Assembly: GCF_900232105.1 (NCBI RefSeq)
Contig: NZ_LT934425.1
Location: 1,860,001-1,892,000 of the forward strand
Reading direction: 5' to 3'
From: Candidatus Kuenenia stuttgartensis
GTDB taxonomy: Bacteria; Planctomycetota; Brocadiia; Brocadiales; Brocadiaceae
Length of the DNA: 32,000 nucleotides
In this document: in pieces, positions 28,222-32,000 of the stretch
Numbering within the stretch: the stretch's first letter is position 1
Layout of the letters: each line of letters begins with the position of its first letter
The notes under the pieces: generated by a model
The model's input: the letters and a program-made list of their open reading frames with translations, nothing else
Database searches by the model: none
Told to the model about the DNA's origin: nothing
Made by a program: the position numbers and the translations under genes

Positions 28222-28242
28222 CATAAGCGCTAACTTGTTTTA
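28222..28242. repeat. IS terminal inverted repeat (transposase 3' side)
   Basis: CATAAGCGCTAACTTGTTTTA is the exact reverse complement of 29586-29606. Confidence 0.88.
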
Positions 28243-28409
28243 GGTGCGCTCGAAGTATTTTGATATCTGTGTTTTTTCGGATTCTTGTATTTTCTGCTAA
28301 AGAACAAGCAATGTCATTCCAGCACTTAAGAACTTCCTGTAATGATAACGCTGGTTCTATAGCCCGTTTTACTTGATTAAGCATAAAAGCAAATTCACGC
28401 CATTTGCTT

Positions 28410-29513
28410 TTAGTCTTCTTGCTTGACAATGAAGTATCCCCAGGGGGAAAAAGACGTAGCAAAATCTATTAGTTTTTCTGTCAAAAGAGCAACGAATAGT
28501 TTGCCATAAAGCCAAGCTTTTGAGCTATCATCATCGTATTTAGGTAAGTGTCCAAATTGTGCTATTTGTTTAAATCTTTTAAAGACCAGTTCAATTTGCC
28601 ATCGAACTCGATACCATTCTAAGATATCAAAAGCGGTAAATTGATTTTCAGGAAACGTTGTGAATACTATTACGTACTTGGCATAAATAAGGGTCTCCGG
28701 TTTTAGTTCAATGCCCTTTTTGCTTGCATGTCTTTTAAGTTTTTTATGAGCTATTTTAATGGCTTCTTCTGTTTTGCGTATTATACAAAGACGACCTTTG
28801 ACATATTCAGTATTATCAACGTTTGGAATAAAAACGTTCCATGATTTTATAGCAAGGGGTCTTTTTAAATATTGGATTTCTTTCAATAAAGGAAAGGGTT
28901 TCTTTTCTTCGCCGAATATCCGTAGAGATTGCGAATTAACTCTAACGCTAAGATAAGCGCCTTTCCTTGTTGCATGATGAATTCCTTGGCCAGTACAGTA
29001 ACCTCTGTCAGCTATAATATAATCATCTTTTTTCATCGGAAACTGCCGAAAAGATTCTCCTGTGCCTTCTCCTTCAGTTCCCGTAAGTTTAAAGAAATCG
29101 CAAGATAATGAAGGAACCTCAATACTATAATGAATGCGCCAAAGACTTCCTGTTTTCCCAGGTTCCTTTACTGTTGTTGCATCAAATAAGCGAAGATGAA
29201 AATTATTCCGTTTATTAATTTGGAGGCCACGCTCACGGAATAAAGATAAACATAATTTATATAGCCATTCTTTGCTCTTTTTTAATCGCTTTAATAAGGC
29301 AACATCGGATAAATCTGCTAAGTTAGCACGCTTGGCTAGAACTACTGTTTCACGCAATGAATAGCCACATCCTAAATGAATTAATAATGTTCGAAGAAGC
29401 TTTTCTTCAGATTTATCCTTGCGCAAGCCTTTTAAAGCATTTGTATCAACGGCTAAACTTTTCCAATCGTTTGGGAAGAAAGTTCTTAGAAGATCCCAAT
29501 CTTCTCTCATCAT
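28410..29513 (-). CDS. IS4-family DDE transposase (367-aa frame, possibly frameshifted near its 3' end)
   Basis: The C-terminal signature YRVRWQIELVFKRFKQ (Y-R-E-K region) is typical of IS4/DDE_Tnp_1 transposases. It also has DRGY and a helix-turn-helix-like N-terminus. AGGAGGA SD precedes the ATG. Confidence 0.9.
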   Translation of the reverse strand: MMREDWDLLRTFFPNDWKSLAVDTNALKGLRKDKSEEKLLRTLLIHLGCGYSLRETVVLAKRANLADLSDVALLKRLKKSKEWLYKLCLSLFRERGLQINKRNNFHLRLFDATTVKEPGKTGSLWRIHYSIEVPSLSCDFFKLTGTEGEGTGESFRQFPMKKDDYIIADRGYCTGQGIHHATRKGAYLSVRVNSQSLRIFGEEKKPFPLLKEIQYLKRPLAIKSWNVFIPNVDNTEYVKGRLCIIRKTEEAIKIAHKKLKRHASKKGIELKPETLIYAKYVIVFTTFPENQFTAFDILEWYRVRWQIELVFKRFKQIAQFGHLPKYDDDSSKAWLYGKLFVALLTEKLIDFATSFSPWGYFIVKQED

Positions 29514-29585
29514 GGCTTTATCCTCCTATAGAGTGATTAGCGGGATAATTAACATAAAAATACCATGATGAATAAAATTTGTCAA

Positions 29586-29606
29586 TAAAACAAGTTAGCG
29601 CTTATG
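29586..29606. repeat. IS terminal inverted repeat (transposase 5' side)
   Basis: TAAAACAAGTTAGCGCTTATG is the exact reverse complement of 28222-28242. Confidence 0.88.
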
Positions 29607-30509
29607 CGGCATTGCCCCAGGCGCAGACTGCCTTACTTTATGCACAAGGGGCTTTTCTACAAAATCGCTATTGCGCAATACACCACCCGCTAGTACCAGT
29701 GGAAAATTTTCTTTCGTAAAAGAAAGTGCTTTTGCCACCGCCAGTACTCCGTGGCATAGTTCAACGGCCGCATTTGTTAAAATATGCAGTGCAACGGTAT
29801 CGCCCGATTTTGCCGCCTTATGTGCCAGTTTTGCAATACCGGCAACACCGGCGTATTCCGGAGGTTTTTTCAAAATATGCGCTGCCATTTCCGCTGGCGT
29901 GCTAAAGTGTAATTCCTTAAGGATATATTCCGCAAGATGGGTTTGGCGATCCCTTCCGTCGTATGCCCTCATGATTGCCCGCAGAGCCATCTTCCCTATT
30001 TCGTAACCGCTCCCTTCATTATCCAGAAAATTGCCCCAACCCCCTGCCCTTGCCGTTTTCCCGTCAAAACGTTCTCCATACACGATGGAACCAGTGCCGG
30101 AAATTACAACAATTCCATGCCGATTGCCAGCCCCGGCAACAAGAGAAATAATTGCATCCGTATACACCTCAATCTGCATATCTCCGGCAAATAAATGTTT
30201 ATACCGTGAATCCGCACCATAACGGTCTGTTACCTGACAAATTACCTTTCTCATTGTATGCCTTGTCTCTTCCTCTACACCCCCGGCTATGCCTGCACAC
30301 AAGGCCTCTATCCTGAATTCGGGAACGGACGAAGAGTGGATGGCACCGGAAATGGACTCCTGCATTGCGGCTCTTATATCGTCATTATTAACCAGATTGG
30401 GATTCGCAGGGCCCCCCCTTCCCTGCCCGATTATCTTTCCTGTATCATCAGAAAGGAGGCAAGTGGTTTTTGTACCCCCGCCATCAATTCCCAGTACACA
30501 ACTTTTCAT
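29595..30509 (-). CDS. BadF/BadG/BcrA/BcrD-type ATPase (N-acetylglucosamine-kinase-like), C-terminally truncated by IS insertion
   Basis: It has LGIDGGGTKTTCLL (phosphate-1 motif), VISGTGSIVYG and GGWGNFLDNEGSGY. The last three codons plus the stop (HKR-stop) are supplied by the IS inverted repeat. The preferred start is ATG 30509 (GGGAGGG SD); the ORF track starts at 30557. Confidence 0.8.
   Translation of the reverse strand: MKSCVLGIDGGGTKTTCLLSDDTGKIIGQGRGGPANPNLVNNDDIRAAMQESISGAIHSSSVPEFRIEALCAGIAGGVEEETRHTMRKVICQVTDRYGADSRYKHLFAGDMQIEVYTDAIISLVAGAGNRHGIVVISGTGSIVYGERFDGKTARAGGWGNFLDNEGSGYEIGKMALRAIMRAYDGRDRQTHLAEYILKELHFSTPAEMAAHILKKPPEYAGVAGIAKLAHKAAKSGDTVALHILTNAAVELCHGVLAVAKALSFTKENFPLVLAGGVLRNSDFVEKPLVHKVRQSAPGAMPHKR
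29607..29617. repeat. target-site duplication, right copy (CGGCATTGCCC)
   Basis: It is identical to 28211-28221 and directly abuts the right inverted repeat. Confidence 0.85.
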
Positions 30510-30677
30510 TATTGACTGCACCCTCCCATTCATCTTAAAAAGGTGTCTGCAAGACATATAATGTAGTCAAAGAATCTATGCTTTCAAAATAAGCTCTACT
30601 CTTTTATGGTCTTAGTGAAAGACCTAGTTTACCATTTAAAATACCCGTTTGTCGAACACTCTTCATAAACATATTTC

Positions 30678-30706
30678 TTGCATGTACAAGAATACATTTG
30701 TAGAAT
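30678..30706 (+). promoter_or_regulatory. candidate sigma70-type promoter for the aminotransferase gene
   Basis: TTGCAT (30678-30683), a 17-bp spacer, then TAGAAT (30701-30706). It lies about 130 nt upstream of the ATG at 30838. This is a pattern match only. Confidence 0.4.
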
Positions 30707-30837
30707 CATTTTTTTGTTTTTTAAATCCTTTTTTCACATGGTAACTATTTCCTGTAAAATACTTTATCAGGAAATACGTAATCATATATTTTGTTTAATC
30801 AGTAAAATCATTCTTTTTTTGAAGGGTACGCGGGATT

Positions 30838-32000
30838 ATGCGCAGAGGCATTGAACATGAAGGTTGGAGACATCTTACATATGAAATTAGAGCTATCGTA
30901 GCGGTAGCAAATGAATTAAAAAAATTAGGCGTTGAAATAACCTGGGAGAACATAGGGGATCCTGTTCAAAAAGGAGAGAAAATCCCTCAATGGATAAAAG
31001 ACATTGTTATTCAATTGGTATCAGAAGATAAGACATATGGATACGTAGCAACACAGGGCGTTCCGGAAACGAGAAAATTCCTTGCCGATCTGGTAAACAA
31101 ACGCGGCGGGTATCAAATTTCGCCGGACGATATTATCTTTTTCAACGGATTAGGCGATGCCGTTTCCACCATCTTCAGTCTTTTGAAGAGGGAAGCACGT
31201 GTAATTGGACCTTCGCCTGCATATTCCACACACTCATCAGCAGAGGCAGCCCACTCCGGGTATGATCACCTTACGTATGATCTTGACCCTGAAAACAATT
31301 GGCTGCCGGATCTTAATGATATTGAAAATAAAATAAAGTATAACGATTCCATTGCCGGCATGCTTATCATCAATCCCGACAATCCTACAGGATCGGTATA
31401 CCCGCGCTCCTTCCTTGAAAAGATTGTTGAAATCGCAAAAAGGTATGAGTTGTTTCTCATCTGTGACGAAATATATGCAAATATCGTTTATAACGGCGCG
31501 GAAACGGCAAATCTCAGCGAAATAATCGGCGGAGTGCCCGGCATGGCAATGCGCGGCATTTCCAAAGAATTTCCATGGCCTGGTTCCAGGTGCGGATGGA
31601 TTGAGGTATTCAACCAGGAATCAAATCCGGAATTCAAGAACTATATCAAAAGTTTAATTAACGCAAAAATGCTTGAAGTATGTTCCACCAGCCTGCCCCA
31701 ATATGCTATTCCGCTGATAATGGGTAATCCCAATTATCCGGCACATCTGAAAATGCGTAGGGAGAAGTATGAATACCGTGCGTATGAGGCATGCGAAATC
31801 TTTTCAAAGGTAGATGGCATACGAGTGGTAAAACCCCAGGGGGCATTCTATATGTCCATCGTATTTAAGGATGGTGTTTTAAATGCCCAACAAACCCTGC
31901 CGATCGAAAACATTGCTGTTAAAAAATACATCCTGGATAAGGTAAGTGGTGTGGAGGTAGATAAAAGGTTTGTTTATTATCTTCTCGGGGCAACGGGGAT
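30838..32000 (+). CDS. class I/II pyridoxal-phosphate aminotransferase (alanine-aminotransferase AlaA-like), 3'-truncated by the window edge
   Basis: This ORF is not in the supplied track because no stop occurs before nt 32000. My own translation of frame 1 from ATG 30838 gives 387 stop-free codons. Motifs include LTYEIRAI, NIGDP, IINPDNPTGSVY and the PLP-lysine motif ISKEFPWPGSRCGW. Confidence 0.88.
   Translation, partial: MRRGIEHEGWRHLTYEIRAIVAVANELKKLGVEITWENIGDPVQKGEKIPQWIKDIVIQLVSEDKTYGYVATQGVPETRKFLADLVNKRGGYQISPDDIIFFNGLGDAVSTIFSLLKREARVIGPSPAYSTHSSAEAAHSGYDHLTYDLDPENNWLPDLNDIENKIKYNDSIAGMLIINPDNPTGSVYPRSFLEKIVEIAKRYELFLICDEIYANIVYNGAETANLSEIIGGVPGMAMRGISKEFPWPGSRCGWIEVFNQESNPEFKNYIKSLINAKMLEVCSTSLPQYAIPLIMGNPNYPAHLKMRREKYEYRAYEACEIFSKVDGIRVVKPQGAFYMSIVFKDGVLNAQQTLPIENIAVKKYILDKVSGVEVDKRFVYYLLGATG

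Larger units (their letters stand above)
28222..29606 (-). mobile_element. IS4-family insertion sequence, 1385 bp
   Basis: Perfect 21-bp terminal inverted repeats CATAAGCGCTAACTTGTTTTA lie at 28222-28242 and, reverse-complemented, at 29586-29606. They are flanked by the 11-bp direct repeat CGGCATTGCCC. The element encodes a DDE transposase. The 5'-CA termini and 11-bp duplication fit IS4-family behaviour. Confidence 0.88.

Noticed and set aside
27475-28233. 252-aa plus-strand ORF covering the ICMT-like gene region
   Set aside because: It is antisense to a gene with a clear family signature. Its translation is low-complexity (R/H/P/N/Q-rich) with no motifs and no SD. It is a shadow ORF.
28085-28462. 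125-aa minus-strand ORF as a stand-alone gene
   Set aside because: Its start is only a TTG artefact. Its first two-thirds is IS-internal sequence (a probable frameshifted transposase tail). Its last third is the displaced tail of the BadF-type gene. It is a chimera created by the insertion.
30747-30775. 8-bp hairpin ATTTCCTG...CAGGAAAT in the aminotransferase leader as a possible attenuator
   Set aside because: It is short and AT-rich, has no following U-run or leader peptide, and matches no known riboswitch pattern.

Overview
This is a densely coding, AT-leaning bacterial chromosomal segment. I saw no rRNA, tRNA or CRISPR array by eye. The core is a long minus-strand run of housekeeping genes: a TPR/RpoA-alphaCTD fusion, ruvA, ruvB, queH, a SpoIID/LytB-domain gene, tgt, yajC and a very long fused secDF. 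This run continues with a LysM protein, a PQQ-like beta-propeller protein and an AhbC/NirJ-type radical SAM enzyme. The left edge carries a small heme-protein pair (cytochrome c'-like plus a Vgb-like single-domain globin). The right half holds a SulP anion transporter with an extra C-terminal domain behind a 666-bp untranslated gap, an output-less Cache sensor and a DUF456 protein. It also holds a PhoR/PhoB-like two-component operon led by an internally duplicated unknown protein, a small TPR protein, coaX, obg and two methyltransferases. Next comes a BadF-type sugar-kinase-like gene whose 3' end is split by a 1385-bp IS4-family element; its 21-bp inverted repeats and 11-bp target duplication were read directly from the sequence. 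A class I aminotransferase is cut by the window end. The gene content (fused SecDF over 1100 aa, TPR-alphaCTD fusion, Ahb-type heme enzyme) is reminiscent of Planctomycetota/anammox-type genomes, but that is only an impression and cannot be verified here. I found no clear-cut new multi-gene system such as a defence island. The best novelty candidates are unusual domain architectures and couplings, listed as findings.
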